Shown: piece after piece, positions 52,232-64,000 of the stretch
How the letters are laid out: each line of letters opens with the position of its first letter
Numbering within the stretch: the stretch's first letter is position 1
Source of the DNA: Lama glama
Lineage: Eukaryota
Direction: 5' to 3'
Length of the DNA: 64,000 nt
NCBI GenBank assembly: GCA_028534125.1
Contig: CM052818.1
Coordinates: forward strand, 44,456,001 to 44,520,000
Notes under the pieces: model-generated
Databases searched by the model: none
What the model saw: the letters and a program-made list of their open reading frames with translations, nothing else
Told to the model about the DNA's origin: nothing
Translations under genes and position numbers: made by a program

Positions 52232-52625
52232 ATCTTAGTCAGCTCTGGCTGCTGTAACAAAACACCACAGACTGGGGGGGGCTCAAACAGCAGAAATTCA
52301 TTTTCTCACAGTTCTGGAGGCCGAAGTTCAACATCAAGGTGTCAGCTTTGGGTTTTTTTGAGGCCTCTCTTCTCGGTTTGCAGACAGCCACCATTTCACC
52401 ACGTGGTCACGTGGTCTTTTCTCTGTGCACATGCATCCCCTGTGGCTCTATGTGTTCAAATTTTCTCTTAAGGACACCAGTCACACTGGATTAGGTCCCA
52501 CCCTAAAGACATCATCTTAACTTAATCACCTCTTTAAAGGCTCTCTTTCCAAATACAGTCACATTCTGAAGCACTGGGGTTCAGGGTTCAACATACGAAC
52601 TTGGGATGCAGTTCAGCCCATGATC
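52232..52625 (-). mobile_element. MLT1B-like MaLR LTR
   Basis: gctgctgtaacaaaacaccacagactgg...aaggacaccagtcacactggattagg...ccaaatacagtcacattctga. Confidence 0.88.
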
Positions 52626-52659
52626 CCTAGCTCATCAAGAAATAATTTCCTGTGAATGA

Positions 52660-53139
52660 AGGTGCGGTATTGTGCATGCAATGGAACACTACTCAGCTAT
52701 AAAAAAAAAACAATGAAATAATGCCTTTTGCAGCAACATGGATAGACCTAGAGATGATCATACTAAGTGAAATCAGTCAGATAAAGACAAATATTATATA
52801 CCACTTGTATGTGGAATCTACAATACAAATGAACTTATTTACAAAACAGAAACAGACTCGCAGACATAGAAAACAAACTAATGGTTACCAAAAGGGAAAG
52901 GGAGGAGGGATATATCAGGAATACGGGATTAACAGGTACACACTACTATATATAAAGCAAATAAGCAACAAGGATTTACAGTATAACCCAGGGAACAATA
53001 TTCAGTATCTTGTAATAACCTATAATGGAAAAATAATCTGAAAAAATATATATGTGTTACTGAATCACTTCACTATACACCTAGAACTAACAGGAACATA
53101 CTATTTTCAATCAATGATACTTCACTTAAAAAAAAAAAA
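52660..53139 (+). mobile_element. L1 3' end (ORF2 C-terminus plus 3'UTR)
   Basis: NEIMPFAATWIDLEMIILSEISQ is the L1 ORF2 C-terminus; followed by 3'UTR and A tail. Confidence 0.93.
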
Positions 53140-53899
53140 TTCCCACCATGGGTCCCAGGCTCTCTCTGAAGGGGAAGTGGCCAGCCTATGAGCGAGAATT
53201 CCAGGGCATCCCATGCTCCCCCTGCAGCAGCTGCCGCTCTCCCACCCCTGGGGCCGCCCTGCGCTGCAGGCTCCAACCAGGGACCCAAGCAGCCAGTGCA
53301 GCTAAGACCTCTGGCTTCCATCCCAGCACAGCCAGCACACCTCCCAGCTCCACCAGCTTGGCCCAGACGGGTATTCAGGGAAGTCTCGGACCAGTTGCTT
53401 GTCCCCACTCCACGTCTCTCCCCCTCCCCCTTCCCGTGGCCCTCTCGAGCAGAAGAGACAGACTTGCCACTTCCTCTTCCTCTCTGGAGGAAACTTCTTC
53501 TAAAGCCTATTCTCTTAGCTCCTGGGGCTCCAGCCCTCCTCTGGACTGTAATCTCTATCTTATCTCTTTTAAGCTTCTAAACAACTTTCCTGAGCACTGC
53601 TTCACAGATGTGGAAATGAAGCCTCTGAGAGGCAAAACGGCTTGCCCAAGATCCCACATTTACTCAGCGGTGAGATGTATTCCGACTCTGATACACATGT
53701 ACCTCCCCAGGACGGCATATGGACTCAAGGACTTCAACATCACATGTGCAACACAAGATCCTGAACTCCCTGTCCCTGTTCCTCTCCGAGACATGAGGAA
53801 GAATACTGCCACAGCCCACAAGCCCACATCTCCCGGGCCAGCCTGTATTCCCACCCTCCTTCTACAAGGCACACACCCTAGACCTACCCGAGCCCAAAT

Positions 53900-55850
53900 T
53901 CTCTTCCCCTCCAACCTCCATCTTCCCGCAGTCACCTTCTAACCTCCAGCCGTTGGCCCTCATCACTGAAGACTTCGGCTCCCGACTCACCGCTTCCCTC
54001 TCCACCTCAGCTGCTGCCGTCACAGGTGACGTCAAGTCCCTAAGGATGATCTACTCAGTACCCTCTTTGTCGACGTCCAACCTCACTAAGGACCGTTTCT
54101 GCCCCAGCAACCTCTCAGTCATGCTCATGACATGAGCACGTTCTGGGCTCTGTACACAAGGACGGCACCACCTCTGAACTCTTAACACCCACGGCCCCTA
54201 ACCATCCACCATGTCCTCAGCCCAGATCTGTGGTTCCAGCACTCCAGAGGGAGCACATTTCTTGCAGTGATAAGGCTGTCAAGCCTCTGACCAACCCCTG
54301 CTCCCACAGGCCATCTCTTCTCCCCATCTTGCTGCCTCTTGTCACCCAGCTCTGCTTCTCTGGTCCTCCTTATAGTCAGTCCGTTGCCCACCCTTCCTCC
54401 CTCCATTGTAGCAAAACCCAGCCCTGGTGAAATACAACCATTTCCATCCTGCATGCCTACACCCAAGCTGCTCAACATTACTGAAGAAACCTCATGCAGT
54501 GAAACTTCAAGAGCACAGACCTCCAGCTTAATACTGCGGTCTGCTGCATCTCCAACTCCTCCCCGTGCAACCCTTCCCCGCTCTCCTAGACTGCCCAGAG
54601 CCCCTCAACTCTCAGCAGGGGAGGCCACCAGAAAGTTTCAGCATCTCACTTCCTCCCTCCTGTTACAGCCCTGCTCTCATCCAAGGTGAAACTTTCATTT
54701 ATACCCTGAGACAAGCCACCTTTCATCTTCCCGAAGACTTTGCTTCTCTGTAACCTCCCCTCTCCTTGGTTGCTCCCTCCAGTAATCACACGGGGCCTCC
54801 CATGTCTTGTCTCCAGCAAGGGGCAGAGAGCATCTGGATAAAGGGAACACGGGCCTGAACCATATGATTGTTTCAACGTTTCTCTAACTCCACATCTTTC
54901 AAAATAAAAAGTAGACATGAAGGAGAACAAAAAAGTATGTTAAGAAAGTTGTTGTGGGTTTTAGGTTGGATCCCCTTTGATATTTGTGAAAGACTCCAGT
55001 ACAGATTTAAATTGCTGAAAAAACAAAAACAACTTCCCTTGACCCCTTCACAGCAGAACTCCTCGCCATGTCATTCATATTCATTGCTTCCATGTCCTCA
55101 CTTCCATTCCTCTGAAAATGTTCTTTGTAGGATTCTAAAGATTTCCAAGGTGCCAAGTCCAATGGACCCACAGACCCAACCACTCACAGGGTCTCTGAAA
55201 TTTAAAGGGTCCAAAACAAGAGTTAAGTGGGCTCCTCTCTTTGTCTTTTTAATTCACTTTCTCTGCCACCATCATCTTGCTAGTTAAACCCCAAACCCAG
55301 GAAATACTGAGGATTTCTCCTTTTCCTTTAAGCCTCACATCTTAACAATCAAAAATCCCTCTGGTTCTACCTCCAAAATATTTCCTAAGTCCACCTATTG
55401 CTCACGGTCTCCACTGCTCCTCCCTTGGGGCAAGCCTCCATCCACCCGATTCCCAGTCACCTCTCTGCTGTTCATCCTTCCCACAACATCCCCTCTCCCC
55501 AACCCAGCTCCTTAAAAACCACTCAGTGCCCTCCCCGTTCCTAAAATGAAATCCACCTCCTCACTGTGGCGTGGCCTCAGGAGGCCCTGGGTAATCTAAT
55601 CTGATCTCCCTCTCCCTCCCTCCCTCAAACCTCAGGACCCCTGTGTCCTCCACTTGGAAGCCTTTGCTTACACTTATCCCTCAACCTGGAGAGCTTGCTT
55701 TCTTTTCTCCACCTCTCTAGAATTAAGCAGTCCCCCATCAAGCTAGTCTCATGCCTCTGTATCATATTTCCCTTTTGAGCCTCTTACACCAAGCTTCCTG
55801 GACTGACAGATAACAGTTCTCCCCACTAGACGGTTGTAAAACCCTCACAC
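53900..55850 (+). mobile_element. Fragmented L2 (ORF2 to 3' region)
   Basis: C-rich L2 text (gcaaaacccagccctgg; ttctacctccaaaatatttcctaagtccacc; tccccactagac). Boundaries approximate. Confidence 0.6.
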
Positions 55851-57369
55851 GAAGCTAATGTTGTGAATAGCATAAGATTTGCCATGTGTCACTACACGTA
55901 ACGTCATGGCCGGGCCAGGACAGCTGAGACAGATGCCACAGTAAGGACTGTAAAGGATGGGCTGGAAAACAGTATAGGGAAGCAGGAAGAGCTGGATTTG
56001 GATTCAGGCAGACCAGAGTTCAAAGCCCATCTGACACTTCTTAACAAGGCAGGCTTAAGCCAGCTATGTCCCTTCATCCTTGAGCAAGACCACAATCCTG
56101 TGTCGCAGTTTCATGTGATTAAAGGAGATCTTGTTTGTATACTTGGCGCCCAAGCAGGGCAAGTAATTGTCGATCCCCTCCACCCTCCCCTCAACTCTGC
56201 TATAAGCCACCCCGACGTCTTGAGGCTTTTCTGCCTTCATCGCCTGCTCTTAGCTCTGACCTGAATGAGGGATGCATTTGGATCTGGAGGCCAGGCTCCC
56301 TGAGTCTCTTCCCATCCTGAGGAAATAAGACTTCACTGTCCTGGCTCTGCCCCACTCACCTACCCTGATGTTGGCAACCACAGGGGACTTCAAATCTCAG
56401 ACACAAGTTCAAGTCCCAGTTCTGCTGCTCACACGTCATGTGATCAGAGACTCAGGAAAATACAGCTTCACATGGTGGATTCACCCCCTCCCCAGCCATG
56501 TGCTGAACCCTCTGGCTGACATGTGAATGTCCTCTGTAACCTGCAGACCCCATGCTCATCGCTGGCATTCAGAAGTGGAGAGGGCGTTTTCTCCACTGTC
56601 CTTCTCTTATGTGTGAAAATTAGAGTACTTGACTGAAACTACAGACCTCGTGCTGCTGTATGACACCTCAGTGTAGTTGATCTACATGCCGGTGAGTCTC
56701 TGCCCTTGACTGTGGGTTTCTTGTGTGTGGAGATGGAGTTTTCCCTGTCTTCCCCTGTGGAGCCCAGTCTTCAGCACAGAGAAGATGCTCAGAATAAGTT
56801 TGTTGTTGGCGTCTATGACTCACTGACCGAATGACTTCAATTCAACCAAAGCTCTCTTCCAACATCTTTGGGCACATTTCTTCATCTGCGAGATGGAGGC
56901 CACATTACCCCATGAGCCAAATGTAGTGAAGGTGGTTTTCTTCAACCCCCTCCTTTACACTTCCCTTCTGGAATTCTCCTCTGGACAGGGGCCCCACCTT
57001 CTGCCCCAGCGCCAGTGGTTCCCATACTCCTTGTAGTGCCTCTGTCAGGAGGGAAGACTCTATGATGAACTACATGCTCATCGTGTGATCTTATAAAAGT
57101 ATCAAAGTCTCACTGACCATTTCATCATGTACTGTCTGTGACTCAGCTAACGACTCACCTGTCCAGGAATATCCACACTCACAGAGAAGACGAATCACTT
57201 GGGATTGGGGGCTGAGGGGGATTAGAACCCAAAAGATTGCTGATGGTGAAAATTCAGACACTGCAACCACAGACAAGAAGCAGGGGTCCAGGCGACCTTC
57301 AATTCCACACCCCAAAGAAGCATGGCTGAGAACAGGCTATGACAGCTTCTATCCATCCAAACACCTACT

Positions 57370-57510
57370 GGGGTATAATTCAAGCTCAGTCACTTCCCAA
57401 CCCTGTGACCGAGGACTGGTTAATTTATCTTCTTGAGCCTCAGTTTCCTCATCTCTAAAATGGTGACAGTAATACCTATTTAAAGCATTTGTGATGATTA
57501 AAATAATTAA
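57370..57510 (+). mobile_element. MIR SINE
   Basis: gagcctcagtttcctcatctctaaaatggtgacagtaatacct is the MIR core. Confidence 0.85.
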
Positions 57511-58612
57511 ACAGATATATTAAATATGATAGATAGAATAAGTAGATATAACTAAATAAACAGAATTAGAAACAGAAATTCATTCTATAATGAGTATATT
57601 ATTTGCCAACATAGTAAGTACTATGTACTATAAATAAATGAAATTAATTTTAGTATCTTGTATAGCTCTGGTCAGGATATTTATTTTCTACACCCTGGAG
57701 TTTTCATCTGGAAATTAGAAACAACTCTAACCCAGCAATCCCATGGCGACTGTAATGCAACGTCTGTAGATGTGAAACCATCAAGCGTGCCACGAGGCAA
57801 AATGTAATTTCCTTCCATGGCTTATCTATTAGACAGGAGCTGAGAAGAGCAGAAGTCTGAGATCACGTGTCCCTCCCTGCAGCACCACAAGCTTAGGCGC
57901 TGCCCAAAACTGTTTCTGGGATTCTGCCTGGGCCCCAGAGCAATTTTAAGAAATGACCCAATGTGTGCTGTTCATCACACCTACTATGTGCTAGGCTCTG
58001 AGGTAACTGCTTCCTGGCTCTGGCCCAAGAAAGCAGCTCCAGAAAGTAGTTTTGTGAACAACAAACCTGTCAACAGGAGCTGGGGGTGCCTCTCACGGAA
58101 ACAGATCACCCCTTCTCAGGCTGCAGGCATCCTTCCAGGGAACGCAGGGCACACAGCTGCAGCTGGAGGCCGGCCGGGCCAGCGCACACTTGCCCGATTG
58201 TGTCAGAAACCAGTGGGAGAAACAGTATCCTCTCTGAGATGCACGAAGCTGCTGTCAGCCTCCCTCTCCAGGTGCTGCCCACGGGGAACCTTTCCAGGGG
58301 CCTTTCAGGGACAACCAAGAGCTGTTCCTTAATGCATTCACTGCAGGGCATCGGGACCTTCCCACAGGTCTCCTTTTCAGCTTTTGCTTCAATAAATTAG
58401 CAAATGGAACTCAGGTAACGGCGATAATAGATGATGCCTTGAAAGGAACTTACATGGCCTCCTATTTAGTTCCATTTTCATTGTGTGAGGCCGCTCTCCT
58501 GCCTGTCATCCTCCCAGATGTCATAGGCAATAGGTACAATCTGGCCTCTTCGTAGATAAGAGCAGGGAATCATAGACTATTTGAACCAGAAGGAAACTTA
58601 AAACTCACCTAA

Positions 58613-58805
58613 CCAATGGTTCTCAAACTTCAAGTTATATTAGCATCACCTTCTTCCAAAGGGCCTGGTGAGCAGACTGCTGTGCCCCCTGCCCTGAATG
58701 TCTGCTTCCAGAGGTCTGGGGTGGGGCCCAAGAACTTGCATTTCTAGTAAGTTCCCAGGTGATGCTGATGCTGCCGGCCCAGAGCCCGCACCTAGGGAAC
58801 CAGGA
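58613..58805. mobile_element. MER5A hAT-Charlie MITE
   Basis: caatggttctcaaactt...ggtctggggtggggcccaagaacttgcatttctagtaagttcccaggtgatgctgatgctgc. Confidence 0.9.
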
Positions 58806-59099
58806 CTCCAACCCCATCAATTAACCAGGGCAGGCTTAGCCCACCAACCCAGGGCCCTTCCAGCTTGTTTTTGCTGTGTACTTACCAGTGACGCTTGTGT
58901 CTCTATACGCTACCACCAGGAACTAGTAATAGAAGTAAGGGTAGGGAATGCTTGGATCTGTCTCCTTTGTTTTCAAAAAAAAAAAAAAGTCCCCAGATTT
59001 CTCAGTGGAGGAAAGAGCTGGGGTGATGGGGAGGGCCTGTGGCTCAGTGGGGCTGGGCTAGGGGCAGTGGGCAGTGAAGGGGTGATGAAGGAGATCCAT

Positions 59100-59980
59100 T
59101 CCGCCTCCCCCCGTCCCCTGCAGCCTACCCGGCCGGGTCCCCAGCCTTGTTAGAGAGTCACCATCCGTACCTGTTCCTCTGCTCGTTGGTCCCTCTGTTT
59201 ACAGACGAGCGTGTCTCAGGCAAGTCTGCCCAAAGGCAGGTCGGAGCCGGTGACGAGTTCCTCAGTCTCGGTGCAGAGAAACGCAGCCTTGCTTTGGCGC
59301 CAGCCTTGAGTTCCAGTTCAGATCCATCTTCGTTCCCCTCACCTCGAGGGTAGTTTTGAGCACGAGGTTATAATCAACAGGTAAGAAAGCAAGCTACGCG
59401 CAAACAACCCGGCCAGAACCGGCCGGGGCCAAGATGGCGGAGCAGCTGCCCTGGGGCAGGCCCTGAGTCTCACTGACCGCTGGTCTGACTACATTAGCAT
59501 CCAAAGCAACGCACCCGCCAGCAGCCAGAACCCGATGGTAAAGACTGAAAAAGGATAAACAGGGGGTGGCACCCGACTTCCTTGAAAAGCCTCACCCTTT
59601 CCCCAGCAGAGCAAGGTATACGCCGCCCCGTCATTAGCCTCAGTAAGCCTCGCGTTGTCTTCCCGCCTTAAATCCCGCGAGAAGTTGATCCGTGAACTTC
59701 AAATCCCGCGAGAAGTTGATTCGTGAACTTCGTTTCCGCTTGTGCATCTTCTGACCGTTGACTAAAGCTCGCGCGGCGCAGAGCTCAGCGTCAGTTTCAT
59801 CATTGGGCTGCTGGAACCCTAACCAAGAGCCCGGCCAGGGCCCCAGCAGGGTCCGTAGGATTTAATTCAGTAACAGCTTAGCCTGGGAAAGTAACACCTG
59901 AGGGAGAGAACCCGAGAGCACCGTAAAACCAACTGATTGCATGTGCGTGGTGCAGCAGTTCAGCCTGGCAACTGCTAAGG
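59100..59980. promoter_or_regulatory. CpG-island-like promoter, gene unidentified
   Basis: Only extended CpG-dense, repeat-free stretch in the window. YY1 CAAGATGGCGG 59430-59440; E2F TTCCCGCC 59660-59667; two TCCCGCGAGA; MYB TGACCGTTG 59752-59760; CCAAT (minus) 59802-59806. Confidence 0.8.
59670..59731. repeat. 31-bp tandem duplication (2 copies, 1 mismatch)
   Basis: aaatcccgcgagaagttgatccgtgaacttc (59670-59700) / aaatcccgcgagaagttgattcgtgaacttc (59701-59731). Confidence 0.97.
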
Positions 59981-60079
59981 GATATATGAATCTTGTCTTA
60001 CGATTCTTGTCTTTCCCTGATTTAGGTTTTTATGTAGAAACTACTCTTTGTTCAATCTATGCATATTAATTCATGAAAT

Positions 60080-60519
60080 ATATATACTAGAATAATACTC
60101 AGCCATAAAAAAGGATGAAATAATGCCATTTGCAGCAACATGGCTGGACGTGGAGATCATCATACTAAGCAAAGGAAGTCAGAAAAAGAAAGAAAAATAC
60201 CGTAAGATATCACGTATATATGGAATCTAAAACAAATGATACAAATGAACTTATTTACAAAACAGAAAGAGACAAAACATACAAAACAAGTTTATAGTTA
60301 TCAAAGGGGAAGGGGGTGGGGTAAATTAGAGTTTGGGATTAACAGATATATACAGAATAGATAAACATCAAGTTCCTACTGTGTAGCACAGGAAACTATA
60401 TTCAATATCTTGTAATAACCTATAATGAAAAAGAATATATATATATATGTATAGCTGAATCACTGCTGGACACCAGAAACTAACAACATTGTAAATCAAC
60501 TATACTTCAATTAAAAAAA
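60080..60519 (+). mobile_element. L1 3' end (ORF2 C-terminus plus 3'UTR)
   Basis: tactcagccataaaaaaggatgaaataatgccatttgcagcaacatgg...aaatcaactatacttcaattaaaaaaa. Confidence 0.93.
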
Positions 60520-60745
60520 TAGTAATAGCTAATATTTAGAATGCACCTACTGGGTGCCAGGAACTGCTCCAAATGTTCACAGACGTTAACTTATTTATTC
60601 AGTCTACACAACAACCTGCAAGTATCACTCCCATTTTAAAGGTGAAGATACTGAGACGTAAAGAAGTTAAGTGACTTTGCCAAGGACAAAGTTAATTAGC
60701 CCAGGCATCGCAGCTCCTGAGCCGTTACTCTGAACCACTATTTAC
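60520..60745 (-). mobile_element. MIR SINE
   Basis: cacctactgggtgccagg...cccattttaaaggtgaagatactgagac...gttaagtgactttgccaagg. Confidence 0.8.
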
Positions 60746-62291
60746 ATGCCCTGGGGTACCCTCCCTGGATTCCAGTTGTCCCTTAGCATGTCACACGAAA
60801 TCATAATTACTGATGTACTCGTTGGTCTGTCTCTTCAGTACCCTCTGCCACCAGTCTACAAGGTCCTCACAGCCTGTGATTTACTCACTGTGTGGTTGTT
60901 AGCTGTGCATGAGCTTGGCACGTGCCTGGTGTCATACGCCTTCAGCAAATTTTGGCGGGACCAGGGCACGGACGAAGAGGTTATGGGAGAGCAAACTCGC
61001 ATGTCAGTTTGAAAAAAATACAGTGCAAGAAGATCTAATATTGATTGAAAGAAATACTCTGTCAGAAAATGTATATATCTGTGTTAATCTGCAAAAAAAA
61101 AAAAAGTGAAGAAATAACAGTCCTATTTCACAGATGAGGAATGGAGGGGTTAAATAACATGTCTAAAGCTAGTATTCCTGTATTCCCTAGAGCCAGAAAA
61201 AAAAAAATATGAAAGTCTCTGAAATGGGAAAAAAAGCAGATTACTGGGTATTCTATCTAAAGCATCCTTTCAAGATATCTTTACCTTCTGTGCTTCTCTG
61301 TGCTATTTTACTACTCTGTAAACTGAAGAAAACTGATAGTGATGCAAATAATTCTTGTCCATGGAAATGCAAATGAATTTTGGTCCTTGGAGATGAACTT
61401 GATTATTGCCCTGTGGACACTGAATTGTTTTGCATCTATTTGCAAATTCATTTCCCAATTCCTGACTATCTGTGTTTGTGGGTTCTTTGAATTTTCCATT
61501 GAAGCTGTTTCTACATTTTACCCATTTCCTCATTAATTAATGAGTTAAATAGAATTCTTAGCATGTATTCATTATATATTTCCATGAGAGTCTTAATTTC
61601 ACCTTTATTTTAATTTTAGCACCAATTAGGATTCAAATCCATGTTTGTTGGTTCTTTCCAATTAATTACCCACACACACACACATCACTGCTGATTACAA
61701 GTTCTTTACCATTAAGCGCTCTGTCAAAGGCAAACTAAGCTTGCTTAAAATATAAAAGCACAAATATTTAAATAGGTCTCTAAAAATTTGTATTTTTCAG
61801 ACTTGTCTATTAAGGACTGAATTAGAAAGGTCTGATTTGAGTAATGTGGAATTGGAGACAGTCCTGCATTCCTACTATAGTGTGTATCCTGATTCTCTTT
61901 GTTCTGTGCTTTTTTTCCTGTGCTTGTCTGCCTCCATCTCCTGGTGGATTCACATGGATTGAGCCATGTTATTATTTTCTACTGTTTCTCCCACACTATA
62001 CTGTGGCCCAGAACAAACCGGCATGTGGTCAGGGCAAAATAATTCAGGTGGGATTGACTCGAACTGAACTGAACAGGACCTGAGCTCAGCCTCCTACGTC
62101 TACGTAGGAATCCTTACCTTCCCACAAAGCCAGGTCCTGGAGGACCAGAAATACTATCCTGAGAAATCTGGGGAAATCTCAGAGTATTTCCCCTATAAAG
62201 GATCAGAAGATTTTCAAGGAGGAAAAATGGCTGCTACCCTGCACAGACTCTGGACTCATAGTCCCCAGTGCCTCTACCCCACCTCACCAAT

Positions 62292-62292
62292 A

Positions 62293-62341
<49 letters not shown>
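62292..62341. repeat. (AC)n microsatellite, 21 uninterrupted units from 62300
   Basis: Directly visible. Confidence 0.95.
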
Positions 62342-62344
<3 letters not shown>

Positions 62345-62445
62345 ATGACATGGTGTGGCTTTGATGGAACACAAGCTGGAGTCAGCTCTCAACTCAAGTC
62401 CTAGCTACAGCATTCAGTGCTGCTCTGAGTTTCAGCTTTATCATC

Positions 62446-62815
62446 TGTGCTGGTTAATTTTATGCATCAGCTTGGCTAGACAATGCCTGGTGCCCAAATG
62501 TTTGGTCAAACTCCTGTCCAGATGTTGCTGTGGAAGCATTTTTTAGAAGTGATTAACATTTAAGTCCGTAGACTTTGAGGTAAGCAGACGACCCTCGGTA
62601 AGGTGCAGGGTCCTCATCCAATCGACTGAAGACCTTAAAAGACTGAGTTCCCCTGAGGAAGAAGGACTTCTGCCTCCAGACCGCCTTAGAACTTGCATCA
62701 GCTCTTTCCTGGGTCTTTGGCATGCTGGCCTGCCCTGCACATTTCAGACTTGCAGCCTTCATATGTGTGAACCAATTTCTTCCTTTCTCTCACTTTTCTC
62801 CCTGCCTCTCTGTCC
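62446..62815 (+). mobile_element. MLT2B-like ERVL LTR, 3' end missing
   Basis: tgtgctggttaattttatgcatcagcttggctaga...gattaacatttaagtccgtagactttga...tcagacttgcagcc. Confidence 0.85.
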
Positions 62816-64000
62816 CCAGCTAAAAGAATATTAAATGGCAGTCCAGAGGTGAACTTGCAGAACTGGGTTTTCCTGGATGTCATAGAAAAATACAAAATTT
62901 ACTTTCATAGACCCAGCAACATCCTGCAGATAAATAAAGGGCCAAAGGAGACTCTAATGCATCAGAGTGGATACTCTACTCTCTGTTCTGTGTGACCACC
63001 TCACTTCCATAGGTGTCTGCATCTTTGGCTAAATAAATAGAAAACTTAATCCAACTGGAGAGTAGATATTTGCCTGCGATGAAGTGATGTCAAATCCATG
63101 ATCCACCTGAAATTTTGCACAACTGAAAAATGAAAGATGATATACTAAAATGTGATCTCTTTCGAGGACAACTTTACCAACCCAAGAAAGGTCAGTGAGA
63201 GTGATTAGGTTGTTGGAATAGCATTTGGATATTTTACATCACCCATAGTCTGCAGGCTATTCAGTCTGATCAAGTACAGCCCAAAACCAATAGGGCAGCT
63301 GCTGTCCCCAGACCCTGAGATGCATTAATGAAATTAACTCCAAGGCCATATTTTCCCCTATTTTGAAAATTCACCCACATTCTGTTTCACTTTGTCCATA
63401 AGTTCAGCCATATTGTCTAATGCAGCCCTGGAGAGATAGCATGGTGAGCCCAAATGTATGTTGAAGAATGCTCTCAAATAAGGATACTGTAAATTGTTTC
63501 CCATTTTTTAATTTCCATATAGGAATTAAAGGCCAAAGACACCGAAATCTAAAATAATTCTCCTTTCAAATTTCTCATTCTGCTCAGTGTTAGAGAAAGC
63601 GGCTCCTGATGGAAATAGATTTCAGGCGGATTGCTTCTGAAACTGTTGTTTCTCAAGCTCTTTCCAGTGGAAGGGGTGTAATTCCTTTAGCACCTGCCAA
63701 GGGGCAGGAATCCAATGCCAAGTCTCTCACATTCCCTGCTTTTCCAAAGATTCAGGAAGAACCCCAAGATTATCTCAGTACTACACCCACCCCCACCAAT
63801 GTTAGAAAACCCCAGCAGATCCCAAGCCCTGTGAACATTTTGGTGGCAAGACCAGTTCATTGCACAGTCCAGAGCTCAGCCTGACACCAGAACAGAGTTC
63901 AGGAATTTCTGTGAGAGGAAAATGAGTGCAAATATATATGAAAAAGCTAAATACGCTTGGTTTCAGCCTCGGCAGAATCCCAGTGGGTCTGGCCAGTTGT

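Noticed and set aside
52721..53041. 106-aa ORF MPFAATWIDLEMIILSE
   Set aside because: L1 ORF2 C-terminus reading into the L1 3'UTR; not a host gene.
53148..53942. Longest ORF (264 aa)
   Set aside because: No recognisable domain, Pro/Ser-rich, runs through MIR-derived sequence (~53600-53690) and into L2. Typical chance ORF in C-rich DNA.
56144..56161. tggcgcccaagcagggca resembling a tRNA-Lys primer binding site
   Set aside because: Only 14 of 18 bases match, it is not preceded by an LTR end (CA), and no gag-like sequence follows.
59670..59731. CRISPR-like repeat (31 bp with internal inverted repeat)
   Set aside because: Two abutting copies with no spacer, no cas genes, and a mammalian context.

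Overview
Eutherian mammal genomic DNA, most likely a camelid: it carries two tRNA-derived SINEs of the camelid vic-1 type and several young L1 3' ends of laurasiatherian type. The window is intergenic or intronic. I cannot support any protein-coding gene; the ORF track is almost entirely repeat-derived or chance ORFs. Much of the sequence is interspersed repeat: MIR, L2, L3/CR1, old and young L1, MaLR/ERVL LTRs, an ERVL pol/dUTPase relic and hAT elements. The non-routine points are: (1) a full-length U6 snRNA copy fused directly to an internal L1 ORF2 fragment (23241-23483); (2) a CpG-rich promoter (~59100-59980) with no recognisable gene, containing MYB, E2F, CHR, RFX, YY1 and CGCG-like motifs, a 31-bp tandem duplication and splice signals on both strands, consistent with a lncRNA or possibly a pachytene-piRNA-precursor promoter; (3) a CpG-rich terminal-exon-like segment (25034-~25350); (4) several repeat-free, homeodomain/POU/SOX-motif-rich blocks and one consensus CTCF site. 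Repeat family names come from remembered consensus sequences, not from a search, and old-repeat boundaries are approximate. The sequence alone does not establish a new biological system.
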